A stretch of 32,538 bases of DNA from an uncultured Candidatus Sumerlaeota bacterium (GTDB lineage: Bacteria; CAYMEV01). The DNA is taken from positions 124,001-156,538 of the forward strand of contig CAYMEV010000001.1 of assembly GCA_964389675.1 (NCBI GenBank), given 5' to 3'. The notes under the pieces are model-generated. The model did no database searches, was not told the origin of the DNA, and saw only the letters and a list, made by a program, of their open reading frames with translations. Made by a program: the position numbers and the translations under genes. This document shows, piece after piece, positions 1 to 10,055 of the stretch; position 1 is the first letter of the stretch; every line of letters begins with the position of its first letter.

Positions 1-2153
1 GTCCCGCTTCCCAGGGTACATGTCCAGTCAAGTGTGAACTGAACATTAGTGCCATGAGGGCAATCCCCTGAGATCTGTATCTTATAGGGGGAATTATTAT
101 AAGCGTTTCCTCCTGAAGGGATACTGGGATAGTCTGAGTTATCCTGGAGGATGGTCACATATTGCGAGTCTGAAGATAGAACCCCGTTCAGGTTAATAGC
201 GGCCTGGTTACCAAGGTTTTTCAGATTAATATCCAGGTCAAAGGTTTCCCCTATATTTGGAAGTCCATTATTATTCCCTTCGCTGTCATCGATACTGAAA
301 TTATTATAAACCGGATGCGGGCCTTCTATCAGCACTGATGTATTTGCTTCAATGGATGGGTCCCCAAGAAGATTATGGCAGAAATGCACCCACCTGAATG
401 AATAATCTGAATTTGCAGTCCCGACAAGCTGCACTTTGGATTGTGTAAATGCAGCACCGATATTATGCTGATATGTATCTTCGAGCACATACCTGAATAT
501 CCAGTCATCATAGGAAAAAGATGGCCCGTGCTGATCATGGGCATATGTTCCTATACCATACCTTGAGGCACCTATATATATCACTGAGCCCCCGTTTGCA
601 TTACGCACAAAAGCCTCCCCCATGCATGGATCGGAAGGGCTTGAGACCTCCGGGTCAAAGGCATTTGATGTACAGGCTATTGTAATTATAATTCCGGGGG
701 TATTGTCTAAGGCAAGGGCATCACTCGAGTAAAAGTCAGCCCCTGACTCCATGCCCCAGACTGTGACACCGCCGTGGGTAGCCATGTGAAAAAGGTTCAT
801 ACCCTGGTTGAGCAGGTTTGAGAGAGTCGAAACCGAAACAGTTGTAACAGAATCATAAAGTGTGTACTTATTATGGACCGGCCAGTATGGCTGTATAAAT
901 TCACTGTACATCATCTCGCTTTTTGCTTCAGCATCCCCGCTTGTCCAGAGCATAACCCCGCTTAACAGCATATTTTCTGCAAATTCCGGGAGATGTACTG
1001 ATTCATTATATTCATCTACCTTGCTTAAATAATCAAGTATCTGCTGCTGGGTCCTCACTGCAAGCCTTCCAATAATTACATCAGGTGAAATATCAGCATT
1101 ATCCACATTCATCTCACCCAGCCTGCCGTCATTATCTGCATCCCAGTCAAACTGGCTGTCAAAACAGGTGTAGAAAACATCACCAGGCAATGTATTATCA
1201 GATTCCTTCTTAAAATCCAAATATCCATATACATTCTGGTCCGGAACGCTGTATGTCGAATTATCCCCTCCATCGCCTACAAGAAAGACATATGTAATAT
1301 TATTGTTCTGGACATACTGGGATATGCAGTTCTTGATCTTCAGCTGGACTGTTTCACCGGAATAGGAAGAGCTGATATCAGATACGGTCAGGATAACACT
1401 GCTTATTCCCGACTCCTCCCTGAAGGAAGCATATGTTTCAACTGCAGGCTTTAAGGAATCAGTGGTTATAATAAGCATATCATAATCAGTAGCTTTTCTG
1501 TTAAGGTCCAGTTTAGAGGGATAAAAAAGCTCAAGATCCTCCGGATTCTCGACCAAAGACCTTACCATGCCGTTAAAGACACTATTTCCCCTGTACTTTG
1601 CCAGTTCCTTTTCATCCGCATATTCAAGGAAAATTTCAAAGCCAAGGTCCTTGTAAAGGTAAAGTTCATCAGCTGATGTATCATATTCAAATGGGCAGTA
1701 TGCAAAATAAAGCACATTGAATCCCCTTATCCTGCCGGTTGATTGCAGGATTATCCTCTCAGACGGATATACAAGCCCGCTGCCGTATACTCCCTTATTC
1801 GGCTGAATAAAGTTCCGCCCTGGTTTTGATATAATTTCATAACCCTGGAAGGGATACGGGGCAAACCTGCCGATAAAGGACCGTTCAGATTCATTTGCAG
1901 TTATACCTGAAACAGAAGTATTTTCAGGAATCAGGACCCTTAGCATAAATGCAGGAAGGTCAGGGTCCCCTTCTCTGGCAAAAGAAAACGCATTAATATC
2001 GTCATACCAAACCCTGCAGAAGCCTTCGGCCTTTTTTATCTCAAGCCTGTCAGGGTCAAAATGCACGTCTATGCTGATGGCCTCTCCAGATACAGCAGCT
2101 GTCATTATTAAAAAAATGGCTGCCATTATAAATATTCTATAGGACTTTAACAT
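1..2153 (-). CDS. C25-family (gingipain-like) secreted cysteine peptidase; 3' end runs off the window (>=717 aa)
   Basis: Not in the ORF track because there is no stop in the window. Manual translation from ATG at 2153 (AGGAGG RBS upstream) gives the signal-like MLKSYRIFIMAAIFLIMTAAVSG, a propeptide-like region (EGDPDLP..LRVLIP), then YDMLIIT, YVFLVGD, WDADNDGRLGE, DVIIGRL, MATHG (His at 774-776), IITIACTSNAFD (Cys at 672-674), CMGEAFV and NLLGDP. A DDSEGNNNG..GETFDLDINLKNLG beta-rich domain follows. Confidence 0.9.
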   Translation of the reverse strand, partial: MLKSYRIFIMAAIFLIMTAAVSGEAISIDVHFDPDRLEIKKAEGFCRVWYDDINAFSFAREGDPDLPAFMLRVLIPENTSVSGITANESERSFIGRFAPYPFQGYEIISKPGRNFIQPNKGVYGSGLVYPSERIILQSTGRIRGFNVLYFAYCPFEYDTSADELYLYKDLGFEIFLEYADEKELAKYRGNSVFNGMVRSLVENPEDLELFYPSKLDLNRKATDYDMLIITTDSLKPAVETYASFREESGISSVILTVSDISSSYSGETVQLKIKNCISQYVQNNNITYVFLVGDGGDNSTYSVPDQNVYGYLDFKKESDNTLPGDVFYTCFDSQFDWDADNDGRLGEMNVDNADISPDVIIGRLAVRTQQQILDYLSKVDEYNESVHLPEFAENMLLSGVMLWTSGDAEAKSEMMYSEFIQPYWPVHNKYTLYDSVTTVSVSTLSNLLNQGMNLFHMATHGGVTVWGMESGADFYSSDALALDNTPGIIITIACTSNAFDPEVSSPSDPCMGEAFVRNANGGSVIYIGASRYGIGTYAHDQHGPSFSYDDWIFRYVLEDTYQHNIGAAFTQSKVQLVGTANSDYSFRWVHFCHNLLGDPSIEANTSVLIEGPHPVYNNFSIDDSEGNNNGLPNIGETFDLDINLKNLGNQAAINLNGVLSSDSQYVTILQDNSDYPSIPSGGNAYNNSPYKIQISGDCPHGTNVQFTLDWTCTLGSG

Positions 2154-2330
2154 AAAATAAATAGCCTCCTTATTCAGTTCCTTATTATATAATCAGAAAA
2201 GCTCATATCGTTCAATAATAAAATATTGGAAATATATTCGTGATTGAGTTTTTAAGATTTTTATAGATATCAGCAAAATAATAAATAATATAATTAATTG
2301 GCAATATGCAAAATGAAGCGCAGATAAATT

Positions 2331-2912
2331 ATGAAATTAAGACTTATTAAATACCTCAGGACAAAAATACACCATAGGATAGTGGTAACAAGAAGGTTCC
2401 TTAAAAGATCCAAATATACGAGGATATTCGGCAAGACGATCTTTCATCATGATCTCTGGCACCTGTCCTTAAGAAGCGTCACGCTTGCTGCGGCAGTCGG
2501 TACTTTTATCGCTTTCACCCCCACATACGGCGTTCAGGTCCTGCTTTCGATAACAGCTGCACTTATGCTGAGGATAAACCTGCCCATAACCATACTTATG
2601 TGCATGCTGACAAATCCAGTAACAATACCATTTGTTTATTACTATCAGGCCAAACTCGGCCTGGCCCTGCTTGGTTCAGATTCCAGCATCAGGCTGACAG
2701 CAATAAGAAATCTCCCTGATATCATAAGGTTTTTCATAAGGTATACTGTCCCTTTATGGATCGGATCTTTTATTACATCATCTCTTCTTGCTCTTATAAG
2801 CTATGGTTGCTCATATATGCTTTATAATTTTCTTTCTGAAACTCTCCCCCACCATAAGCCTCACGTAAAAAATGTGGGCAATATTTTTATTGATAAACTT
2901 GAGGATCTGTAA
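2331..2912 (+). CDS. DUF2062-like inner membrane protein
   Basis: LWHLSLRSVTLAAAVGTFIAFTP, RINLP and TNPVTIPFVYY..KLG motifs; several hydrophobic helices. Confidence 0.8.
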   Translation: MKLRLIKYLRTKIHHRIVVTRRFLKRSKYTRIFGKTIFHHDLWHLSLRSVTLAAAVGTFIAFTPTYGVQVLLSITAALMLRINLPITILMCMLTNPVTIPFVYYYQAKLGLALLGSDSSIRLTAIRNLPDIIRFFIRYTVPLWIGSFITSSLLALISYGCSYMLYNFLSETLPHHKPHVKNVGNIFIDKLEDL

Positions 2913-2942
2913 TAGCGTTTCTCTTTTATCAGACTGTCTAAT

Positions 2943-3016
2943 GCTTCTGTAGCTCAACTGGACAGAGCACCTGGCTTCGGACCAGGGGGTTGGGGGTTCG
3001 AATCCTCCCAGGAGCA
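2943..3016 (+). tRNA. tRNA-Arg(UCG); CCA not genomically encoded
   Basis: Cloverleaf: acceptor GCTTCTG/CAGGAGC; D-arm GCTC-AACTGGACA-GAGC with A20 (Arg identity element); anticodon arm CCTGG-CT TCG GA-CCAGG; T-arm GGGGG-TTCGAAT-CCTCC; discriminator A followed by TTAT rather than CCA. Confidence 0.95.
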
Positions 3017-3087
3017 TTATCTGCTTTTTTGCCTTCCTGGACTATTATATTAGTTTCCGAATTGCCATTCTAAGCTCAAATCTCGAG

Positions 3088-4254
3088 CTATCCGTAAGGG
3101 TACTTGTCCTTGACCGATTTTATGATATCATGAATTGAAACAAATATATCAACTAATTCAGGGTCAAACTGCTTACCTTTCTGTTCTTTTATATAATCAA
3201 ATACATCGCCTTCTTTCCAGGATTCTTTATATGACCTCTTTGCAAGCAGTGCATCATAAACATCAGCAATTGCCACGATCCTACCCATTAATGGTATCAG
3301 GCTTCCTGCCTTACTGTCCGGATAGCCGGTCCCATCCCATCTTTCATGGTGGTTAAGTGCAATTTCAGCAGACATTTCATCCCATTCAGAGGTATAGTTT
3401 GAAAAAAGGGTATAGCCGAACATTGTATGCTGTTTCATCTGCTCAAACTCAAATGGGTTAAGCCTTGCATTCTTTTTTAGGATATTATCCGGTATTCCTA
3501 CCTTACCGACATCATGAAGCATTGCTGCTATCCTGAGGATATCGCATTTGTGCTTTATTTCCTCCGGATTAATGCCTTTTATCTCACCCCACTTCTTATA
3601 TATTTCAATACTGTATGCCGCTACCCTGTTTACATGCATTCCTGTTTCCTTGGGATCCCTGAATTCAGACATCTTCACCATTCTCAGGACAAGCTCGCGG
3701 GTCATCTTTGCTTTTTCTATGGATGATGCCGCATTTACAATAAAGGGATTTATTAGAAGCCTGTCCTCTTCGGTGAACGGGGCCACTTTTCCTTTTTTAT
3801 CCTTTTTGTTTATAAGCTGCAGAACACCGATAATATCATCTCTGCTTGTTATGATAGGAATGGTCAGAAGCGAAACCGTCCTGTAGGAGTATTTATTGTC
3901 AAATGAGCTGTCATGCGAGCATGGCAATCTGGGGTCGATTTCGTATGCATTGTCGATTATCAGGTATCTCCTTGTTTTGGCACAATATCCTGTAATAGAC
4001 CTTTCATCTATTTCGATCTTCTCATTTTTATAATATGTCCTGCTTGGATCCCTCTTTATTGAATCATTCTGCACATAGCTGAATTCAAGCTTATTTCCCT
4101 CAACAAGGTATATTGATCCCGCATCCGCATTAAGAAGGCTCCGTGACTCAGAGAGTATCCTTTCAAGGAGTATGTCTATATCCTTGATATGGTTGATCTT
4201 TTCAGTAATGTCAAATATATCCTTTAATTTCTCCTGGATATGCAACAAAATCAT
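3088..4254 (-). CDS. GAF + HD-GYP domain protein (probable c-di-GMP phosphodiesterase)
   Basis: N-terminal GAF-like region (NADAGSIYL, SITGYCA, SLLTIPI..IIGVLQLINK); C-terminal ETGMHVNRVA, LHDVGKVGIPD.IL.K, HHERWDGTGYP, ADVYDAL, QFDP. Confidence 0.92.
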   Translation of the reverse strand: MILLHIQEKLKDIFDITEKINHIKDIDILLERILSESRSLLNADAGSIYLVEGNKLEFSYVQNDSIKRDPSRTYYKNEKIEIDERSITGYCAKTRRYLIIDNAYEIDPRLPCSHDSSFDNKYSYRTVSLLTIPIITSRDDIIGVLQLINKKDKKGKVAPFTEEDRLLINPFIVNAASSIEKAKMTRELVLRMVKMSEFRDPKETGMHVNRVAAYSIEIYKKWGEIKGINPEEIKHKCDILRIAAMLHDVGKVGIPDNILKKNARLNPFEFEQMKQHTMFGYTLFSNYTSEWDEMSAEIALNHHERWDGTGYPDSKAGSLIPLMGRIVAIADVYDALLAKRSYKESWKEGDVFDYIKEQKGKQFDPELVDIFVSIHDIIKSVKDKYPYG

Positions 4255-4291
4255 CCTCTCCCGTATAATCGCATCACTTTTATCTTAAAAA

Positions 4292-6103
4292 TTACCAGGG
4301 TTTATATATTATACCCTTATCAACCAGAAGTTCTTTTATCTGATAGACCCCCTCATCCTGGCTCTTAACACTGTCGATCTGAATGTCATAAAGGATATTG
4401 GTGGTTATATCATCTCCTACCCATACAGTCTGTATCATATCAGGATTTACCGTTATCTTTATAATCTCAAGGTCTTCCTGTGTCAGTTCCACTGCAGTTA
4501 CAATCAGTATAACTCCTGAATCAAGCATAAGATGTGCGACCTCGGATAACCTTCGTATGTGCTCCTGCCTGTTATTATTCGCTCCCTTGATATCAGCATC
4601 GACGCCATAGAGAATATTGCCTATTCCCAGAAAATATACGATCTTGCCTTCACTGAAAAGTCGCGCTTCCAGATCCTTGGCAATCCTCTTCTTCCCGGCA
4701 TCCTTGGTTCCTGTTATAATTATCAGGGTTGCTTTCTGATTGTATCTCTCAGCCCTTTGCTCAAAGGTAATCTTGCTTTTTTCCCACTTATAGTTCCTCA
4801 GCATTACCTTTTCTCTGAGCCAGTTCTGCTTATCCTCCAGGGACTCAGTTATAATACCGCCCCCGCATATCTGATAGTTGTCCACAAGGACAAACCTGCT
4901 AGTAGTCTTGTTTCTGCTGTTCTCATCAAAAGCAACTGCCCTGCTGAGCTTGATAATGCATTCAGCAACATCGTGCCGGTCTATAATCCTCTTATTATTG
5001 TCATATGACAGGTCTGAGGCGTCAACTACCTTAATGATCTCTTCTATTTTTGCCTTTACCTTTGTAGTGCAGAGCTTAAACAGATACTCCTTGCCGATAA
5101 TGAGGGGGTTCCTGCTCAGCCAGAACAGGTTTGCCCTGAGCCTTGATGATATCTTGGGTTTTTCTTCAATTGAGTTTACAGCAATCTCACCCCTGGCTAC
5201 ATAGATCTGCTCCTGCAGTGTAAACCCCGTTGAATCACCTGCATAAGCACATTTTTTAGGCTCTGTATTAAATGATTCTATGGTCATCACCCTGCTTTTT
5301 TTCCCTGAAGGATAGAATATTACATTATCACCTGCACATATTTTACCGCTTTCAACAGCTCCCGCAATAATCCTTCTTGTATCATTGTGCTTTGTAAATT
5401 TATAGATATCCTGGACAGGCATTCTGAAAGGCTTATTAATATCAACTTTTTCAATGGCCAGCTTATCGAGGATCTCTAGGACGGTAGCCCCGTTATACCA
5501 GGGTGTTAAACCGGAGTTTCCTGCAATATTGTCTCCATTCCTGCCGCTTACCGGTATGAAGCACAGGGGGTCCACGTCTATATTCCTTAGAAATTTGCGG
5601 TAGCTGCTTTCTATAGAGTCATATATAGCTCTGTCATAGTCAATCAGGTCCATTTTGTTTATCAATACTACTATCTGTTTTATACCAAGCATGGAAAGCA
5701 TGTAGCCATGCCTTTTTGAGTTTTCCTGAATTCCTTCCCCGGCATCTATTACCAGAAGCGCCGATTCAGCCCTCGAAGCTCCTGAGACCATATTTTTCAG
5801 AAACTCTATATGGCCCGGAGCATCAATAATTATATAGTTTCTCTTTTTCGTTTTGAAGAATACCCTTGCTGAGTCAATTGTAATACCCTGGGACTGTTCA
5901 TCCTTGAGTGCATCCAGAAGAAATGCATATTCAAAGGGTTTTGAATTATTTTTGCAATAGGATTTAATTGCTTCCAGTTTTCCCTGAGGCAGTGAGCCTG
6001 TATCAGCTAAAAGCCTGCCTATAACAGTACTTTTCCCATGATCAACATGGCCCGCTATGACTATATTCATCTGTTCTTTTTTTTGTGTGCTGTTTTCCAT
6101 CAT
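4292..6103 (-). CDS. cysN: Sulfate adenylyltransferase large subunit (GTPase) with a C-terminal degenerate APS-kinase-like domain
   Basis: [31 protein letters not shown] and NKMD GTPase motifs; PFRMPVQD; 11 nt downstream of cysD. Confidence 0.92.
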   Translation of the reverse strand: MMENSTQKKEQMNIVIAGHVDHGKSTVIGRLLADTGSLPQGKLEAIKSYCKNNSKPFEYAFLLDALKDEQSQGITIDSARVFFKTKKRNYIIIDAPGHIEFLKNMVSGASRAESALLVIDAGEGIQENSKRHGYMLSMLGIKQIVVLINKMDLIDYDRAIYDSIESSYRKFLRNIDVDPLCFIPVSGRNGDNIAGNSGLTPWYNGATVLEILDKLAIEKVDINKPFRMPVQDIYKFTKHNDTRRIIAGAVESGKICAGDNVIFYPSGKKSRVMTIESFNTEPKKCAYAGDSTGFTLQEQIYVARGEIAVNSIEEKPKISSRLRANLFWLSRNPLIIGKEYLFKLCTTKVKAKIEEIIKVVDASDLSYDNNKRIIDRHDVAECIIKLSRAVAFDENSRNKTTSRFVLVDNYQICGGGIITESLEDKQNWLREKVMLRNYKWEKSKITFEQRAERYNQKATLIIITGTKDAGKKRIAKDLEARLFSEGKIVYFLGIGNILYGVDADIKGANNNRQEHIRRLSEVAHLMLDSGVILIVTAVELTQEDLEIIKITVNPDMIQTVWVGDDITTNILYDIQIDSVKSQDEGVYQIKELLVDKGIIYKPW

Positions 6104-6114
6104 TTTCCGCCTTT

Positions 6115-6996
6115 CTACATGTATCCGTCTCTTCTTAATGTTTCAAGACCGCCTCCGTCATCCTTATCCTGTGCTCTGCCGGATCTTTCAGCTATATTGG
6201 AGAATTTGCCGGACCTGAGCTCCTCTATTATCTCCCCGACATTCTGTGAATCCGATTCAACCGGGAATGTGCAGGGATGGCATCCGAGAGACCTGTACCT
6301 TTTGCCATCTCCATGATTATAGTAAAGGGAGACTGTAGGGATATTCTCCCTTTGTATATACTCCCAGATATTAAGCTCTGTCCAGTCCAGGAGGGGGTGA
6401 ATACGGACATGTGTCCCCGGTGCAAACTCCGTCTTGAACTGGTTCCAGAATTCAGGGGGCTGGTCGCCTATATCCCAGATGCTCTCTTTGTCCCTCGGCG
6501 AAAAGTACCTTTCCTTTGACCTGCTTCCCTCCTCATCAGACCTGGCGCCTACAATTACGCCGGTAAAGGGTTCTGTATTGGTATCAACTTCATACCTGCC
6601 TGTTTTGTGATTCATTATATACCTTTTCCCTTTACCGCTGAGAGTATCTTTAAGAGCATTCGTCTTAAGCAGCCTGCAGCATGTTATCCTGTCAACATTT
6701 CCGTCGGGGAAAGTCTGCTTTGCCTTCAAAGCCTCTTCATTCTGGCCGTATATCATGGTCAGGTTCCATTCAAGAGCAAGCCTGTCCCTGTATGTTATCA
6801 TCTCAGGTATCTTAAAGGCGGTATCTATGTGTACCAGTGGAAAAGGGACATGCCCGAAAAAAGCCTTTCTGGTAAGCCATAGCAGGACAGTGCTGTCCTT
6901 GCCGATAGACCATAGCATGCAAAGGTTCTTAAAGTTATAGTAGGCTTCCCTTATTATAAAGATGCTCTTGTTCTCAATCTGTTGCAAATGATCCAT
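6115..6996 (-). CDS. cysD: Sulfate adenylyltransferase small subunit
   Basis: LENKSI-like start, SIGKDS PP-loop, [49 protein letters not shown]-terminus. Confidence 0.95.
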   Translation of the reverse strand: MDHLQQIENKSIFIIREAYYNFKNLCMLWSIGKDSTVLLWLTRKAFFGHVPFPLVHIDTAFKIPEMITYRDRLALEWNLTMIYGQNEEALKAKQTFPDGNVDRITCCRLLKTNALKDTLSGKGKRYIMNHKTGRYEVDTNTEPFTGVIVGARSDEEGSRSKERYFSPRDKESIWDIGDQPPEFWNQFKTEFAPGTHVRIHPLLDWTELNIWEYIQRENIPTVSLYYNHGDGKRYRSLGCHPCTFPVESDSQNVGEIIEELRSGKFSNIAERSGRAQDKDDGGGLETLRRDGYM

Positions 6997-7106
6997 TTAA
7001 TTATCCTCTGTTTTCCTAATGTTAATTCCTTTTACATAATATCTATATTTTTATCAAGTAATTTTTAGCTTGATTATTTTACTAAAAATTATAATCTAGC
7101 CAATAT

Positions 7107-7892
7107 ATGTTAAACATAAAGGCTATTATAAGCGCTCTGCTGGCAATAATCCTCAGCGTTCTGGTAATATGCTCATGCTGGTTCTTGCTTAATATGAAGC
7201 ATGCCAGGGAACTGCAGGCCCAGGGGTTCTTCATGAATAAATACCAGCCAAAGAATAAGAATTCCATTAATTTTTTAAAAAGGTCCATTTCAATGAATGA
7301 TTGGGATTTCAGGAGCAAATGGTACCTTGCACAGATATATTTCAGCCATAATATGCTTGATGATGCTGCCATACTGCTCCAGGACATACTGAGAGACCTT
7401 GATCTATCTGAAATAAGAATGCTTCTGTACAATACATATGCAAAAATGCAGGACTATGACAGCATGGCAAGCCAATCTCTTGAAATATATAAACGCTACG
7501 GTTTCTCCGGCGACAGTTATAAGAAGTTAAGCAGGGGGCTGAATAACCTTATTGAATACAGGATAATGTCAATAGCTTCAAGGAGCAGGCCCTCTGAGCT
7601 AGAAAAATTCATAAATTCAATATTCTCTACACCCTATAAGAATCTCCCATATGAACATTTCAGGGGGATCAAGCATGCTATTGATATGGACTGCCCGAAA
7701 GCGGCAGAATACTTTATTAAATACAACAGGATGTATATAAATAAGCAGATACTTGCACTCTATGCCTGCTGCCTGGAAAAAGAAGGCTATAAGCAGGGGG
7801 CACATAACCTTATAGAGGCAGAACGGCAGAATGTAAAAACAAATCCTGTTTCAAGGTTTATGGTGGATTTTTATGAAAACTGCAGGAAATAG
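7107..7892 (+). CDS. Membrane-anchored TPR-like helical protein
   Basis: N-terminal hydrophobic helix followed by helical TPR-like segments (WYLAQIYFSHNMLDDAAILLQ; LYACCLEKEGYKQGAHNLI); overlaps the next gene by 20 nt. Confidence 0.55.
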   Translation: MLNIKAIISALLAIILSVLVICSCWFLLNMKHARELQAQGFFMNKYQPKNKNSINFLKRSISMNDWDFRSKWYLAQIYFSHNMLDDAAILLQDILRDLDLSEIRMLLYNTYAKMQDYDSMASQSLEIYKRYGFSGDSYKKLSRGLNNLIEYRIMSIASRSRPSELEKFINSIFSTPYKNLPYEHFRGIKHAIDMDCPKAAEYFIKYNRMYINKQILALYACCLEKEGYKQGAHNLIEAERQNVKTNPVSRFMVDFYENCRK

Positions 7893-9198
7893 GATACCGG
7901 ATACGGTCATATTGATTCTTTCAGTACTTGCGCTGGCTCTGTCGCATCTATATTTCAGCACTGCCATCATAGACCAGTTCAGGTTTCCTAAGCTGTTTAT
8001 TCAAATGATCCTGCTCTCAGTTGCAGTTCTGGTATTTATTATAAGCCGCTTTTTTAGGCTTATCCCCGCATTTTCTAAAAAACTGTTCTATTTTCTTTAT
8101 CTCTTTCTTGTCTTCGCATTAATTTCACATCTCCTCTCAGGTTCAGCAGGTGAAGGAATTCTTTACCTTGCAGTCGCTTATATCCATGTACTGTTTTTTA
8201 TTGCCCTCGTAAATATCCTTGGCAGAAACAGAACTTTCTTCCGCCTGATATTTGTATCAATGATCATTATTTCTGTCCTGATTTCCATATATGCATTCCT
8301 GCAGGTGCTGAACCTTGACCCGATCTTCAAAATATCAGGCGAGAGGCTTGAATATTACAGGATTACACGCTTCGCACCTACTGGATTTACCGGGAATACG
8401 AATATCTTTTCAGGAACAATGATCTCGGCAATCCCTATGCTTTTCTGCTTAATGCTTTATGCAAGGAAAAAAAGCAGGATATTTCTCTGGATATCAGCAG
8501 GTTTGATGCTTGTCCCCCTTATAGTATCAATGACAAGAGGTGTGATTGCAGGTATCCTTATTGCTTTTGCGTTCACAGTAATAAAGAAAAGGCATACCAG
8601 AACCGCCATAGTGCTTATAATATTACTTACTGCAGCCTTCTCGGTATACCTGGTGACATCAGAAAGCATGATGAGGGAAAGAATCGAATCAACGCTGACC
8701 CTGAAGGAATTAGGAATAAAATACAGGCTTAATATATACTATATATCATTCAGGATAATAGGTGACCACCCCCTTTTTGGCACCGGGCCCAACACTTTCT
8801 ACAGGGTTTTTTCACAATATAAATACAGATACCTTCAAAACCATCCTGATCTTCATGAAGATGCCGGTTTCATATCGCTTTCCAGGACCTTTCCTGAACA
8901 GGCCCATAATGATATTCTCCAGAATATATCAGAGCTCGGCATAATTCCGAATATATTCCTTTTGATATTCTTTATATCAATAATGCTGAAGAAGCACGGT
9001 GAAAGCAATGAATTCTTCAGGCTACTGGGCGTCTCTGTCCCGGAAAGCTCCATAATCCAGTATTTGAAGCTTTCCATAATAATTTTCCTCATCAACTCCT
9101 TCTTCAACTTCCCCTTTCACTTTGCGGCATCAGGAATTAACTTTACCTTAACTGTCGGTCTTCTCTGTTCACTGCTATACAAAAAGATTGACAAATAG
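7873..9198 (+). CDS. O-antigen ligase / O-oligosaccharyltransferase-like (Wzy_C) polytopic membrane protein
   Basis: About 11-12 hydrophobic segments; FRFPK, GFTGNTN, SMTRG, R..IY..S..IIGDHPLFGTGP, QAHNDILQ..SELG and FNFPFH motifs. Confidence 0.85.
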   Translation: MKTAGNRIPDTVILILSVLALALSHLYFSTAIIDQFRFPKLFIQMILLSVAVLVFIISRFFRLIPAFSKKLFYFLYLFLVFALISHLLSGSAGEGILYLAVAYIHVLFFIALVNILGRNRTFFRLIFVSMIIISVLISIYAFLQVLNLDPIFKISGERLEYYRITRFAPTGFTGNTNIFSGTMISAIPMLFCLMLYARKKSRIFLWISAGLMLVPLIVSMTRGVIAGILIAFAFTVIKKRHTRTAIVLIILLTAAFSVYLVTSESMMRERIESTLTLKELGIKYRLNIYYISFRIIGDHPLFGTGPNTFYRVFSQYKYRYLQNHPDLHEDAGFISLSRTFPEQAHNDILQNISELGIIPNIFLLIFFISIMLKKHGESNEFFRLLGVSVPESSIIQYLKLSIIIFLINSFFNFPFHFAASGINFTLTVGLLCSLLYKKIDK

Positions 9199-9251
9199 CT
9201 GTTATGGATTACATAGATATCAATCTTAAATTTTCCACAGGATATTAAGAC

Positions 9252-10016
9252 ATGAAAATAACTCAGAACAAAAACTGGTATCTGATTAAATCTGCAGTAC
9301 CAAAGTGCCTTTACGATCCCCTGCTTCAGCTTTACTACAAAATTACCAGGCTGGTGTACCTGGGCAGCAGGCTTTATTGCCCGATATGCCAAAAAAGCCA
9401 TGGGAAGTTCAGGTCAAAAGGATGCCCTAACTGCGGATCTTTTGTAAGGCAGAGAGTGCTGTGGCTTTTTCTTAAGAGAAAGACCAATTTTTTTTCTGCC
9501 AATCTCAGGGTTCTGCATTTTGCACCGGAGCTATTTTTCTACAGGAGATTCAGAAATCTTGAAAACCTTGACTATCTGTCTGCCGATCCATGCTCTCCCC
9601 GTGCAATGATAAAGGTCGATATGGAAAAGATCCAGTTTCAGGATAATTCGTTTGACGTTGTAATAAGCAGTCATGTTCTTGAACATGTCAATGATGATAT
9701 AAGGGCTATGAAAGAGCTCTGCCGTGTTCAGAAGCCAGGCGGATGGTCCATACACCTTGTGCCCATAGTATATTCAAGGAGCACAACATACGAAGACCCT
9801 GCCATAGTAAAACCTGAAGCAAGGACCCAGTATTACGGATGTTTTGACCATAAACGTGCTTATGGGACTGATTATAAAAACCGGCTCGAATCAGCAGGCT
9901 TTGAAGTTGAAATAATCAGGGCTGAAGAATTCTGTACAGGTGAAGAGATCGAAAGGATGTGCCTTGACGGGGAATTTGAAATATATTACTGCAAAAAACC
10001 TGCTTCAGGCGAATAG
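9252..10016 (+). CDS. Class I SAM-dependent methyltransferase with N-terminal CxxC/CxxC zinc ribbon
   Basis: CPIC..CPNCGS, VLHFAPE, FQDNSFDVVISSHVLEHV, ELCRVQKPGG. Confidence 0.85.
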   Translation: MKITQNKNWYLIKSAVPKCLYDPLLQLYYKITRLVYLGSRLYCPICQKSHGKFRSKGCPNCGSFVRQRVLWLFLKRKTNFFSANLRVLHFAPELFFYRRFRNLENLDYLSADPCSPRAMIKVDMEKIQFQDNSFDVVISSHVLEHVNDDIRAMKELCRVQKPGGWSIHLVPIVYSRSTTYEDPAIVKPEARTQYYGCFDHKRAYGTDYKNRLESAGFEVEIIRAEEFCTGEEIERMCLDGEFEIYYCKKPASGE

Positions 10017-10055
10017 ATAAAATATATTTCACAATAATCGGAGAAGCGTGTATAT

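Noticed and set aside
329..544. 71-aa minus-strand ORF
   Set aside because: Out-of-frame shadow inside the C25 peptidase gene
2811..3017. 68-aa minus-strand ORF (MLLGGFEPPTPWSEARCSVQLSY...)
   Set aside because: Typical antisense translation of the tRNA gene
9188..9216. TTGACA promoter upstream of the methyltransferase
   Set aside because: No convincing -10 hexamer at 16-18 nt spacing
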